Assembly: GCA_016748015.1 (NCBI GenBank)
Contig: JAAOMT010000263.1
Coordinates: forward strand, 7,899-71,898
Direction: 5' to 3'
DNA: 64,000 nucleotides
DNA from: Geosiphon pyriformis uo1
Taxonomy: Eukaryota > Fungi > Glomeromycota
Every line of letters begins with the position of its first letter. Positions within the stretch are counted from its first letter, which is position 1. The notes below the pieces were generated by a model that saw nothing but the letters and a program-made list of their open reading frames with translations, was not told the origin of the DNA and did not search any database. This document shows positions 13,301 through 25,599 of this stretch, piece after piece. Position numbers and translations under genes: made by a program.

Positions 13301-16300
13301 AAAATTTAATAATGCAATAATTATAGTAATTTGGATACAATATAAGAGTTCTTAAGAAATATGTTGGTAAACCTAGTAAACAAGACATTTTTTAAACATT
13401 AGTATAGTAAATCTAAGAGTTTTTTTAATAGTAAATAATTATTAAGATTCTATAAATTGAAATTGTTGGTTGTTAAGATAATAATAAATTTAGATTTAAG
13501 TACTATGCTAAGATTTAATTATCTTCTGAAAATTTAGTTGGCTGTTAATTATAATAAGATTTTTAAGATGCAAATCTTGGTTCAAAATAATATAAAAACA
13601 GCTGATGTTCTTAATTAATTATTAAGAATCAAAAAAAGTATTACAAATTTAAAATATATAAATTAAAAATTACTAAAACTATTGCTATTAAGACTATAAT
13701 TAAAAAAAAATAGAAAATTTCTGTTTAGATAAAGACTACATAATTAAAAAAGTGTTAAAAAAATTTTTTTGCAAGATAATTTTGGATTATTTAATAATTA
13801 ATAAAAAATTGATTTTGAAACTTAATATAATTAAAGCCAAAGTTAATGTAATAATAGAAGATTAAACCAAAAAGCAGGTAGTTTCAAAATTACTTTTTAA
13901 GCTTTGAACAAATTAATATGCTCTTTAAATTATATAAATAATAGTACTTTCTTAAATATTATGAATATTATTAATTTTAAGAAATAAATTTAAGTAATTA
14001 AAAATTTGTTAAACAAAAAACTACTGATTTAAGTAGTATATCTAATGAGTTATAAAAATATTATAATAAGAGTATTTTAAGATGTTTTTTAGATTTGCTA
14101 AATTTTTGTTTAGCTTTGGATGTAATTTTAATGTTATAAAAAGAGCTTGAATTTCTATAATATTTAAGTTTTATAAATAAAAAAAAGTTTTAATAAATAC
14201 TTGACTTATTATGTTGATTAAAACAGTCAGAAAAATGCTTTTCAAAATTTTTTCAAACCAGATTTTTTTTGTTTGTAGCAGATTTAGTGTTTTTTGTAGT
14301 AATAAATTTTTTGTTTTAAAGAATATATTAACACAGTTTTTTATTTTTGCTGTTGGTTTAATAGTTGAAAATACTTTAAAAAAAACAGAGAAGTTTGATT
14401 GGTTTTGTATAATATATACAAAGCATATAATTCTGTTGATTGACATTATTTAAGGACTAATTTATGGCAAATTAAGATATATGAAAAGTTTATTAAATTT
14501 TTTGATAGCATTTATAAAAACAGATTTAATAAAGTTATGACAGATTTCGGACTGTTAAATAAATACAAAGTGCATAATAGACTAGATTAAGGTAAAGCTT
14601 TCTCTTCTTTTTTTTAAAGAATATTCTATAATTCTTTTTTATATAAAGTTAAAAGACATAAACATTTGTATAAATATTAGATTAATACCAAATTTGTGGC
14701 CAAAATAAGAAGAATTAAGACCAATAAAGAGAAAACTTTGTTTCTTACTGTTGGCATATTTGTTAAAAACATGATTTAAGTAAGAAACAGCCAAGTTTTT
14801 ACTTAATATACTAAATATTATTAATAAATTTTTTTTATTAATAATATTTCAATTAATAATAATAAGACAATAATTGTTCTTATTAACTGAAAGATCAAGA
14901 ATGTTTTTTTAAAGATTAATAAACTGTCAATTTTAATTGTCAAGAGAGATGTGTTACATAGATATTTAAGTATTTTTTGTTAATAAATAATTTATTTAGA
15001 TCTAACTTAATCAAGATTTATATTAATATCAGATTTTTTTAATATGTTGCTAAAAAAAATTGTCATGGATAAACAGTTTTTTTATTTGGTTTTAGCTATC
15101 TTATAGTCTATTGTTAATTATCATTCATAATTTAGCTTTGTTTTTTTTAATATATATAATAAATAAAATATTATAATTAGGAAAAATTTTAGATCTAAAG
15201 CCAATTTATCTTAAGATTTTCTTAATAAAACTTTGTACTATTTTTTACTATATAGTCTGGAAACATTTAAACAAGTTTAAGCTAAAAATAAGATTGCTTT
15301 AATAATAGTTTTTTTAAATATTATTGGTATTTTTGACAAGCTTTTTGATTACAGATTTTTGGATTTATAGATTTTAAGCTGAATTTCTTTAAATCTCTTA
15401 TAATATTTAGTCAAGTTATAGATTAATCTAGTTAACAACTTTTTAGCTAAGATAGTATGAATTTTTTTGGTTAATAATATCTTTTTAATAAATAAACTAT
15501 CTAATATATTTTGTAGTTTTGGCAGATTTTTAATGTCAAAAGTATTAGATAATTTTTTGTATTTTAATAAATCAATTTTTTTAAAAAATTTAGAGTAATT
15601 ATTGATAATAGGCTTTTGAAAAAGCAAGATAAAGTAATAAATTAGGTAATATTCTATTAGTAAAAAAGATTGGATTTAAAAAAACCAGTGTTTTTTTTGG
15701 TATATAATAACAATAAAATTTTTGCTTAATAATAATTCTGAGTTAGTCTTTTCTGGCTTGGTTTTTGCTTTGCCAAATAGCAATGTTTTGATGTTAAACA
15801 AATTTTTTATTTTGTAAAAATGTTTATATAAGATTTGATTTAATTTAATTAAAGTATATATAAATAATTCTTAAAAAAATTAAATTTTTTAAAAGTTATA
15901 TATAAAGCTGTTACATATTTTTTTGATATAAATATAAAAATTAGGATTTAAATTTATGGGCTGTTGTTTTCAACATTGGCCAAATTACAGACTAGTATTT
16001 TATTTTTAGAATATATGTCTTTTTCTTATACTGTAGTTGTATATTTAGATGTTTATATCTTGGAGTTGAAACTATTGATACTTAATTTTTGTAACCAGTA
16101 TTAAATTAAAAGAAGACATATTGTAAATTTGATTAATAATAAAGATTTTTTAGTAATATAATCAAAAGTTAAGAAAAATTTATAAATATATTAGTAAATA
16201 TAATTATATACTCTTCTTTGCTTCTGTTTAATAATGTTTATAAGCAATTTTTGGTAACTGGTAGTTTGATAGTGTTTGGTAATACTTAGTATTTTGTTTG

Positions 16301-17225
16301 TAATATATACAGAATTATAATTTGTGCTTATTGAAAAGCCAATTCTGATTCAAGTATTATTAATAATTTGTTAATTCAGAATATTAATTGGTTTTAAACT
16401 GCTGAGGTGTAATATTTAGATTTTTTTATGCTTTAGATTATATTAATAAACTTTTGGCAGATTTGTATATATATTTTATAAAAATAGTTTATAAGAAATT
16501 GTTGGTTCTTATTAAAAAAAAGTTTTATAATCAAAGATATTTTGGTGTTTTGTGTTTATTTTATAGGAAAATTAAATTTTTTGATCATATATTTATGTAT
16601 TTAAAAAAAGCTAATTTTTGTAAAAAAATTGTGTTTAACTATATTAAACTTTGGAAATTCTTAGTAGGTTTTTATGCTTTAATGTCTTCTATAATATTAA
16701 AATTTTTTTTCTTTTGTCTTTTGAATATTACACTATATATGATATTTTGTAAAAATTTTATATTAAAAAATTAGTCTATTAAGACTCTATTAGTGTTTGA
16801 CAATAGAAAAAAACTAGTTAATTATTAGTTAATTTTGTATATAAGTTGACTAAACATTATTATTTTAAGTTATAAGATTTTAAATTTAAATTCAGAATGG
16901 ACATAAAAAAAAATAGTTTGGTTAGTAATAATAGATTGGTTTTTAGTGAATTTTATGTATTTGTTTCTGATTTATTAAATAAAGTGATCAAATTGCTTAG
17001 TATTGAAAAGTTTTTTGGTATTAGTTTTGATTTTTATAAGTCTTATTTGTTTTTTTTGGGTCTGAATAATGAAATATTTGTTTATATAAAAACTTAATAT
17101 TGTTTTGATTGGCCTAAATAACTGGTTATATATAGAAAGAGTATAAGTTATATTAGCTAGAACTCTTAATTTTAGTTTTGTATATTAGATAATAATTAAA
17201 CTATATTTATTAAAACAAAAAAAAA
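7340..17225 (+). mobile_element. Decayed near-full-length non-LTR retrotransposon (LINE): ORF1 plus APE-RT-RNaseH ORF2, interrupted by a hAT element
   Basis: APE N-terminal remnant LVWKITTYNIISIN...IVIKTKL near 12460 (T.NVRG...ETK motif). RT remnant in track ORF 14211-14453. RNase H-like remnant near 16000-16220. ORF2 end at 17097, A-rich tail near 17212-17225. Riddled with stops; boundaries approximate. Confidence 0.8.
8013..11225 (+). mobile_element. Decayed hAT DNA transposon nested in LINE ORF1
   Basis: TIRs TAGGATTTCGAT (left) and reverse-complemented TAGAGTTTTAAT (right). 8-bp TSD GCTAAAAT (8005-8012) / ACTAGAAT (11226-11233). Subterminal GTTCAAGTTTGG-like repeats. Transposase motifs: NFWISPNNK (DxW, ~9049), ILDNIANN, CFNYILNLIV (CxxH, ~9623), Q*NSTYN (RWNST, ~9878), YLAIQK*SVVFECAFSAGKNIITD (dimerisation domain, ~10831). 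Confidence 0.9.
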
Positions 17226-18853
17226 TTTTACAGTAGTTATTAAATTTTTTATATTATATAGTAAAAATATTAATATAAAAAATATACTAAACAATTTAAT
17301 TTGTATTAATAAAAAATAAAATAGTTTCTAAATTAATACCAAAAATATTGCTTGTATTAAATAAATAAATAATTAATACAAAATTAAAATATTTTAAATG
17401 ATTATTATTGTTAGTTATTAAAATAACAAATTAATTAATAATATCTAAAAATTAAAAGCAAAATAAATTTATTTAAATATTTGTTATTTTTATTTTATAA
17501 GTGCATTTCATATAAAAAATTGAAAATAATATAATTGTAATAATTTTAAATTAATTTTTTCAAGTATTATAATTTATTATTTATTTAATTCAAAATAAAA
17601 ATTGTAAATAATATAAAAATGTGTGTATAAAAAATTATTTATTTAATAAAGTATATTTTTTATAAATTTTGATTAACACTAATTTAATTTTTTTTCTATG
17701 TAGTTATTTATTTTAAAATTATTTCCATATTTTTAGTTTTTTCTTTTTTTAATAATATATTTTTCAGTTAATTATTTTTAAATTAATTCAAAAAATAATA
17801 AAATGAATTTTCATTACTTTTTTTTTGGTTAAAAACTTACAAAATAATAATTTTTAAAATTACACAAACCAATTAAAATTAAACCAACTATAATTTATAT
17901 AACAAAAAATTTTTTAATAAACTATATTAAACAATTAAATAAATTTATTATATATAAGAAAAAGTATATAATTTTAATAAAATATATATTTATTATTTAA
18001 ATTAAAAATTCTTCTCAAAAGTAAAAAGTAAAAAAAAAGTATTTAAATACCGTTATTATTATTATTGTTAAAATTTATTTTTATTAATATCTTGTTTTAA
18101 ATTTTGAATCAGATCATATATATTATTATTATTATTACTATTATTATTAATTTGATTTAAAGAATAAAAGTAATAGAGTTTTTTTATCAAAGATATATTC
18201 ATAACAAAATTTTTTGTAGTTATCATGAAAAAAAATTGTATTTTTCCATTTATTTAGTTAATATTATTAATAAAAATGGTTAATATATATCGCACAAGTA
18301 TATTTATAAACTTTATAAACTAGAAATAGCCTCTGAGAATACCAAAAAAAAATGCTTCAATGGACTGGAATGTATTTCAAGTTAAAGATTATTAACAGCA
18401 TATATGATATTTTTTATAATGGTTTATGGTATTCAGAAAAAGAAAAATGATTTGAATCTCGAAAAAAAATTTAAAATAACAAACTCGAAATCTTGTGAAA
18501 AAATAAAGAAGAGGCTTTAAATTAAAAAATATAGGAAAAACCAAAAAATCAAAATTTCAAACTTGCCGAAATAGAATTAATAGATTCTTCAACTTATAAC
18601 TCGTATTTATTAAATTGAAAATGATTCGAGACAGACATTAGACAAAAAACAAACAGACAAATGAATATTTAAAATAAATCTTGACTTTTTTGAGTATAAA
18701 ATATATTTTTGAAAGATTTCAAACCTACGTCGTCAAATAATTTCTTTAAATTCAATTATAACTTTAATTCCCTCTCAGAATTAACTTTATCATGAACTAA
18801 ACTTTACAAAATATTTATAATTTTACAAAGATGGTTCTCCTTATTAAAGAAAA

Positions 18854-19753
18854 TCATCCCAACAAGGGAGTGGAACCCTCAATAGCACGACGACGATACC
18901 AATTCTTCACGAAGGGACTAAATGAGTAGATGAAAGTGAAAAACGACAAGAGATATGCAGGCCAAGATACCCAATTATACTCTTGTTGTTGATAACCAAT
19001 TCCAAATAATGAGAAAGCAATAACCAATGAACCCAATACATCCCCTTTCCCTTGAACATCGATATACCCAACGGCAGTCAATTGTAAAAAGATTATCGAA
19101 AACCACACCGCAAATTTAATCCACGCTTCGATCTCATCACCACCAGTTGGTCTCGGAAGAATAGCCATATTAGCTGCTACTATGGTTTCAACCACAATCC
19201 ATCCATGAAATATTGAAAGCGGAGCATGAATTAACAATCCATCAGCCCAATTCTCGGCAGGGAACTTTGTTCTCACCGAGAAGTAGGCAACCGATACTTG
19301 ACTGGCAAAAAGAATGGCAACTAGAAAGGCGAGTATAAAATATCCTTTGATAGATAGTATAAGAAAGGCAGAGTTTAAAATTGAAATCGCTACAAAGTGC
19401 CATGAAACACCATGGGCGACTGTTTCGTTTGCTTTCGGGAAGAATTGGTAGATAATAAAACCGAGAAATTGGATATGTAGCAAGGTCAATATTGTGTAAA
19501 AGACAAAGGGTGCTAGGCATAAGTAGGTGTAGCCTTCTTCATTTCTTGGGTCATCGTACTAATAAATATAGATTAAAGAAATTGAGTTGAAGTAGAAAGA
19601 ATGAATTTCCTATGTTACTTTAATTTTCATTTTAAAATATTACTTTTTTTTAAAATTTACCTCATTAAATGTCAAAATAGCCTTCAAGTGAAATCCAGCA
19701 AATACAAAATATGCAATAATATTTGAGATTTTCAAGAAAATATGGCCACCCAT
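18854..19753 (-). CDS. Multi-pass membrane protein, TspO-like/DUF1774-like family, paralogue 1 (265 aa)
   Basis: Exons 19753-19661 and 19558-18854. About 8 hydrophobic segments, HAPLSIFHGW and GDVLG motifs, ends EGSTPLLG. Family name is from memory. Confidence 0.85.
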
Positions 19754-21631
19754 TTTCAAGTACTTTCCTCTGGTTTTTACGAAAATCTAGAAACCTATCT
19801 CTCTTAAGTAATACACTTTCGTTTGAAAATTCGGGGAGTCACTGATCCACACCTATTTAAAAAAAAACAAAAACTCCCTGATCTTTATGTAAATCTGGTG
19901 CCCGATATGATCATTAGCTGCAAAAGAATTTCTAGATCGATTTTCTTTTCACTGATAACAAGTAAGACTACATTACATTTCTGTCAATTCCGTTGTGCGC
20001 TGGTGACTGTGATCACTTTAATTGGGTTTCCCACCTTGTGTCGCAAACCGGTTCAGACGTGAGATTTTGAATATGTGTATCAGAATTTCTATAATTCCAT
20101 TCCATAATATCTTTTTATTATCATGCCAAAATTTGTCACTTTTGAAAAGAAAATTTATCTTTAAAAATTTTACTGTTGTGGGGATCACTGTAAATAAATA
20201 ACTGAAAGCGTGTACAATCAATCATATTCAACCCAAGTACGGAACTTTTTTAATCAATTCCCTTTATTGAGTTCGGGGGGTTTATTAAATGCCTAGATTA
20301 TTAATTATGTAATATCATTTGATGAATCTTTAACTCCATCCTTTAAAACTTATGACCGGTCCAAAAAAAGAAAAGGACAGATTTATGTAATACAAGAGTA
20401 ATGAAAATTATGTGAACCTTTTATCAAATTTGTTAACGGTGGTAAATTGAAAAGAAAGAGGTTTGTTCTTTTCAAGATTGGGGTACAATATAATCGGAGG
20501 AATGTATTAGAATTCCCACCTGAAATAGAAAATAGAACAACAGCACAAAATTTTCTCTTTTATTTTTGAACTATTAACTTTTAAATTTTGAGCCTGACGT
20601 TCCATAGGCTGCTACAAAAATTCCCAGGCTTGTGGTATAAGAAACGAGTCAAGAGGAGCGCCATATCAATAAATGCTAAAGGAATTTTACGGTCTTCCAG
20701 TTACTGATTTCTATCATCAAACGAGAACTGCCTATTCACGATTGTATAAAAAAGTTGATTAATCATTCAGAGAAGCGCAAATGATATATTGGGCTACTCC
20801 TTTGGAGACAAAAAATGTTAAAGAATCTAAGTGCTTCAAATTTGGTATTTTGATCCGAGTAACAATACATGAGATAAGGATTGCCGAAAAACTCAGTTTC
20901 AACTAATCTTTAGGAATTCTTTAATGTAAAAGAATGGCTATTTGGAATCAAGGCTTGCGCGCGTATTTTATAAGTCAGTCTCACTCTTATTGATAGGTTA
21001 CGTTGTGAAGTTATCAAAGCCTATTTGAAATCTGCGAGATTCAATTGCGGTACGAAAATTTCATGATCATGTTTTAGTGTTAAAAGTAAAAATCAAGAGG
21101 AACTCTCAGCTAATGGCTAATTCTCTTAACTATACTTGTAAATCAAAAATTGATTGCCAAGAAATCAACATTATCATCAATAAAGGTCTGCATAGAAGCG
21201 CATCTTTTTTACTAATATTAAATATTTTATTAACCTTTTATCTGATATTTTCCCATCTAATGGATTATCTTATTTAAGGGATCATATGCGTTATTTATTT
21301 ATTTATTTATTGATTTGCCTTTTTAGAGTTGACAAATATTAAAATTTAAAATTTTAATTTAAAATATTAATCAGATTTATTGGATACAAATAGTTTTTTA
21401 TATTAGTTTTTAGACTTGATTTTGGAATACCAGTATACTATTCGAATCCAAGTTTTAACAAATTTTCTTGAAAACATCAATATTTATACTTTACGGCATC
21501 AAAACCCTGAAAATTATTTGATCCTATGTTTTAAAGCAAATTAATTTTAAATAACAGCATGTGTTTCGTTTTTACAGGAAATTATTGAAAATACAAAAAA
21601 TCCAATTGAAAATTTTATATCAAAATGTATT

Positions 21632-22517
21632 TTAACCCAATAATGGTGCTGTCTCGCTACCATAACCACAATATTTTTTAAAGAAGGTTAAGAAAGGGTA
21701 TAAAATAGTAAAGGTTGAACCAGTATAACCAATTATCTTGAACCAAATATAATCTTGCTGGTAGGCTATACCATATAAACCAAATGCAATAACCAATGCA
21801 CCGATTACATCACCCTCACCCGCAATATGAATATATGACCACGCAGTAAGCTCTAACCCGAAATACGAAATCAAAACCAAGACCCAAGCTCCAACAGGTG
21901 GAATTTCATCCTTATGATCTTCCGGCTTCGGAGCAAATGAAGTGCACATTAACACAAAAGTCAAGATCGCAACCCAACCATGATAAACCGAGAATGGAGC
22001 ATGAATCCAAATTTTCTGACCCAATCGATCGGCCGGATATCTTTTACGGAGATTGAAATAAGTGAACGAGATTTGTGATGAGAGAAGTAAAGATAATAGT
22101 AGAGCCCATCTTTCATGGTCGGCGGCCCAAAGGAATAGTGTACTCGAAGTGAAGATTGAAAGAGCTATAAAATGCCAGCTTACGCCTTCAATTATTTGTT
22201 CTGCGGCTGAGTCGAACCATTGATAAAAGATAAAACCGAAGAAAAGGAAATGAATTAGTCCCCAGATTGTGTAGTCCGCCCATTGAACCGGAGTGAAATA
22301 TGTTAAATGATTATCCTTTTCCTATGTAATTTTTATTTAAAATCATTCATTGAAACGAGAACTTTTAATTATGGATAAAACGAGTTGAACATGTTCAAAA
22401 AAGAGGATTATCTACCCCTTTTGGTTCATCCAAGTACCAAATTTTAGCATGATATCCGAATAACAAAAAGTACGAGATGACATTAAGTATTCTGAGAATG
22501 GTGTGGCGTATTATCAT
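21632..22517 (-). CDS. Multi-pass membrane protein, same family, paralogue 2 (263 aa)
   Basis: Exons 22517-22416 and 22321-21632. Motifs TYFTPVQWADYTIWGLIH and HAPFSVYHGW; ends SETAPLLG. Same phase-0 intron after the first TM segment. Confidence 0.85.
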
Positions 22518-22958
22518 TTCGTTTTTTTTCAAAAGTATCAAGAAGAATTTTATTGATTGATCGATTGAATAGAATAGAATAGAATAAAATAGAAAAAGAG
22601 ATATTTTCTCGGGTCAAAAGGAAGGAGGCTGAGAAATTTGAAATAAAGAGTCTATTTAAATAGATTCAGGAATTGGAAGTAAAGGAGTTAAAATCAACGA
22701 TATGACTGAATCATTTACAAAAGAATTCGTTTCAATTCTGAGATGTTTTAAACAGAGAAAAATGAAAATTTTAAAAATTTGTGATGTGTGTATTGGCATA
22801 TCACTAGGGCGTTTTTTCGTCAGATTAATCACCTGCACCATCTAACTTGAAAAACCTTGGTTCAATATAACCTTTTTTAGCTTTTCAATATACAAACGTC
22901 ATGGGTTTTACAAAAATTATTTAGTAAACTTGTTACTTCCTGGTTAGTGGCAAAAAGT

Positions 22959-22986
22959 CTTGTTGTTGTTGTTGTTGTTGTTGTTG
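22959..22986. repeat. (TTG)n microsatellite
   Basis: About 9 TTG units are visible. Confidence 0.9.
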
Positions 22987-23792
22987 TAATCATGCATTTG
23001 TAAGAAAAATTGAAAATACCTATTCATTTTTTGTTCAAAATACATGTATTTATGTTGTGAACGGAAAATTTGATCTATTTATGCAACACGAATGAAGCGC
23101 CAAATCTAAACAAATTTGAAAATCGTTCTTAAAAAGGTGTCAAAATAAAAAATAACAACAAGGGGTGTAGGAACATTTTTTCATGAAGTCTTTTGATTTT
23201 TGAAAACTGATAAAATTTAATTTCAAAAATTTGAATTTGAATTTGAAAGTTTAAAGAGTTTCGAAACAGAAACTCAAATTAAATCTAATGAGATAAATTT
23301 TGATTAACAGATGATTGAATCGCAAAAATAATTGAATAAATAGATATTTTGTGCAAAAATTTCTGAATGGATCGTTAGGAGTTTAATTGATTATTCGAGT
23401 TATTTACTTGAAACTTGGTTTCTTTGTTTTTTTTTAAAAAAAAAAGAATCTAAACTGAGATGTTGGCGAATTCAAAGAAATTGCTTCAAAAAATTCATGG
23501 CATTCTGGTCTCCCCCTAAATCATCACCTGTGATGATGAAAGAGAAGTTTTTTTCATCTCTGCCTAATAATTTCCTTTTGGATTATATTTATTCAAGTCA
23601 AAAATTTTCAGAAAAAACCCTCCAAAACAAATATCTTTCCTTGGAAGGATCAGTTTCATACTAATTAGCAATAATAATAAAAAATTGATTCCGAAAACCT
23701 GAAAAAAAAACTACAAATATTTTAAATTGTAAAAATATATAACAAAAAATGGAAAAGTTCATTGATCCAACGCTTTTATTACTGATCCAGAT

Positions 23793-24746
23793 TCAAGCCA
23801 ACAACGGAGCACTTTCACCCACATGTCTGTTCGTACGCCACCATCGACGAATGAAAGGTGAAATAGCATAGATCGCGGTAAAGATCCCCAACACTAATGA
23901 CGCAACAAAAAATCCAAGGTCTTCAACCTTAAAACTGATCCCAAACAATGCCCAAGAAATTACAAAAGCACCAAGAATATCTTCCTGTCCAGCGAGATCG
24001 ACATAAAAAACAGCAGTCAATTCTAAAAAGATGTAAGCCAAAGCAACCGCAATTCTAATCAACAATCCAGGCTCTTGCTCTTCATTTGGGCCAGGAAAAA
24101 CGGTGGCAAAGAATGCTATCAATGTAATCACTATCATCCAAGCATGATAAATTGACAATGGAGCATGAATATATAAAACATCAGCCCAATTTTTTGCTGG
24201 AAATTGTTGACGGATTGTGTAGTACAGATGGGAAACTTGAGTTCCGAGAACACATGAAACGACAAATGTAGAAAAATTGTAATCCAGATCCCATAATGAG
24301 AGAACTGTTGAAGTCAGACCAGCGATTATTATGAAATTCCATTGTATTCCATCGATTACCACTTCATTTGCCGATTCGAAGAATTGATAGATTATGAAAC
24401 CGAGGAAGAGAACATTTATTAAGCCAGATGTTGTGTAGAATGTAAAGTCGGCTGGGGTTATATATGTTACATGGGAATCTTTTGTTGGAATGTTATCCTA
24501 TGAAAATAATTGATAATTGATGATTGAAGGATGAGTAAAATGATGTTAAAAGCTATTAAGCGATGGAACCAAGATAAATCTTAAAGATACAACATGATAG
24601 TCAAAAGAAACATTCAAAATTTAACTGAAAATGAACTCACTTACTTTCTCATTATTTTCATCATTTATCCAGAATCTAACATGAAAACCAAGAAACAAAA
24701 AATAAGCCAAGACATTAAAAATCTTGAGAAATGTATCATTCCCCAT
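23793..24746 (-). CDS. Multi-pass membrane protein, same family, paralogue 3 (268 aa)
   Basis: Exons 24746-24645 and 24497-23793. Motifs TYITPADFTFY and HAPLSIYHAW; ends GESAPLLA. Confidence 0.85.
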
Positions 24747-25531
24747 TTGATCTTTGATATTTGATATTTGAATAAATTGTTCTGATAGAAATCTCCAAGT
24801 GAAACAAAAGCTTGCGAATTGAAGAGGTGTAATACGTTAATTATAAGCGTAATAGAAAGTATGATGTTATGCCAAATATTTAGGTTGGGCATTCTTACTC
24901 TTAAAAAGCAGCAGATGGTATCATCATAATCATATTTAGGTTGTTAAAATTCCTGCACAATTAACTCAAATTACAACCATTTACATATGTTTTATTAAAA
25001 AAGAGAAAACGAACCATTAACTATCAACAATAGATCTTTTGATTTTAGAAAAATCTGTGACCTCTTGAATTAATGATTTTTGATTCGTTTGCGTAATTTA
25101 TCCACTTAGAAAGATGCAGAACAAAAGAAAACCATTTGATATTCTTCCCTAAATAGAATTTTCGTATCACTATGAATTCTCTTTTTTGAGAAAAAGCAGC
25201 ATGATGATGGTATCATATTAGTCGAGATCTTAATCTATTCAGAGAATTTCGATATTCATTAAAGTTTATGAGAGTTTTTGGTTGCACGTTATAAATCCCA
25301 ATTTTTCCTTGAAAGGATTTCTAAAAATCCAATAAAATTTTTAACCTTTTTAAATTAGAATTAATATATATATTATAAGACAAGATTATTTTAAAAGACA
25401 TATTAAAAAATTTTGTTCATCATAAGAAATTAGAATTGCTTGATAAGATTGATTAAAAAATTGGGAAAAAGAATTAAAACAAATTAAGAAATTCAATTTT
25501 ATAACTGAAAAATATCTTGTTCATATTTAAT

Positions 25532-25599
25532 TTTTTTGATTATATTGTACTTTTTTGATAATATTGTACTTTTTTGATAATATTGTACTTTTTTGATAA
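25532..25599. repeat. 19-bp tandem repeat (TTTTTTGATAATATTGTAC) x about 3.6
   Basis: Head-to-tail units with no spacers. Confidence 0.9.

Noticed and set aside
7638-17097. Short K/I/F/L/N-rich ORFs (also 40661-40948 and 59229-59492)
   Set aside because: Composition artefacts or fragments of hypermutated transposons, not genes.
20400-21277. Gene between membrane paralogues 1 and 2
   Set aside because: Only short unrecognisable frames; no consistent splice model could be built.
18854-24746. Rhodopsin or GPCR identity for the membrane trio
   Set aside because: No retinal-binding Lys in the last helix and no GPCR motifs were seen.
25532-25599. CRISPR-like array
   Set aside because: Contiguous units with no spacers, no cas genes, and a eukaryotic context.
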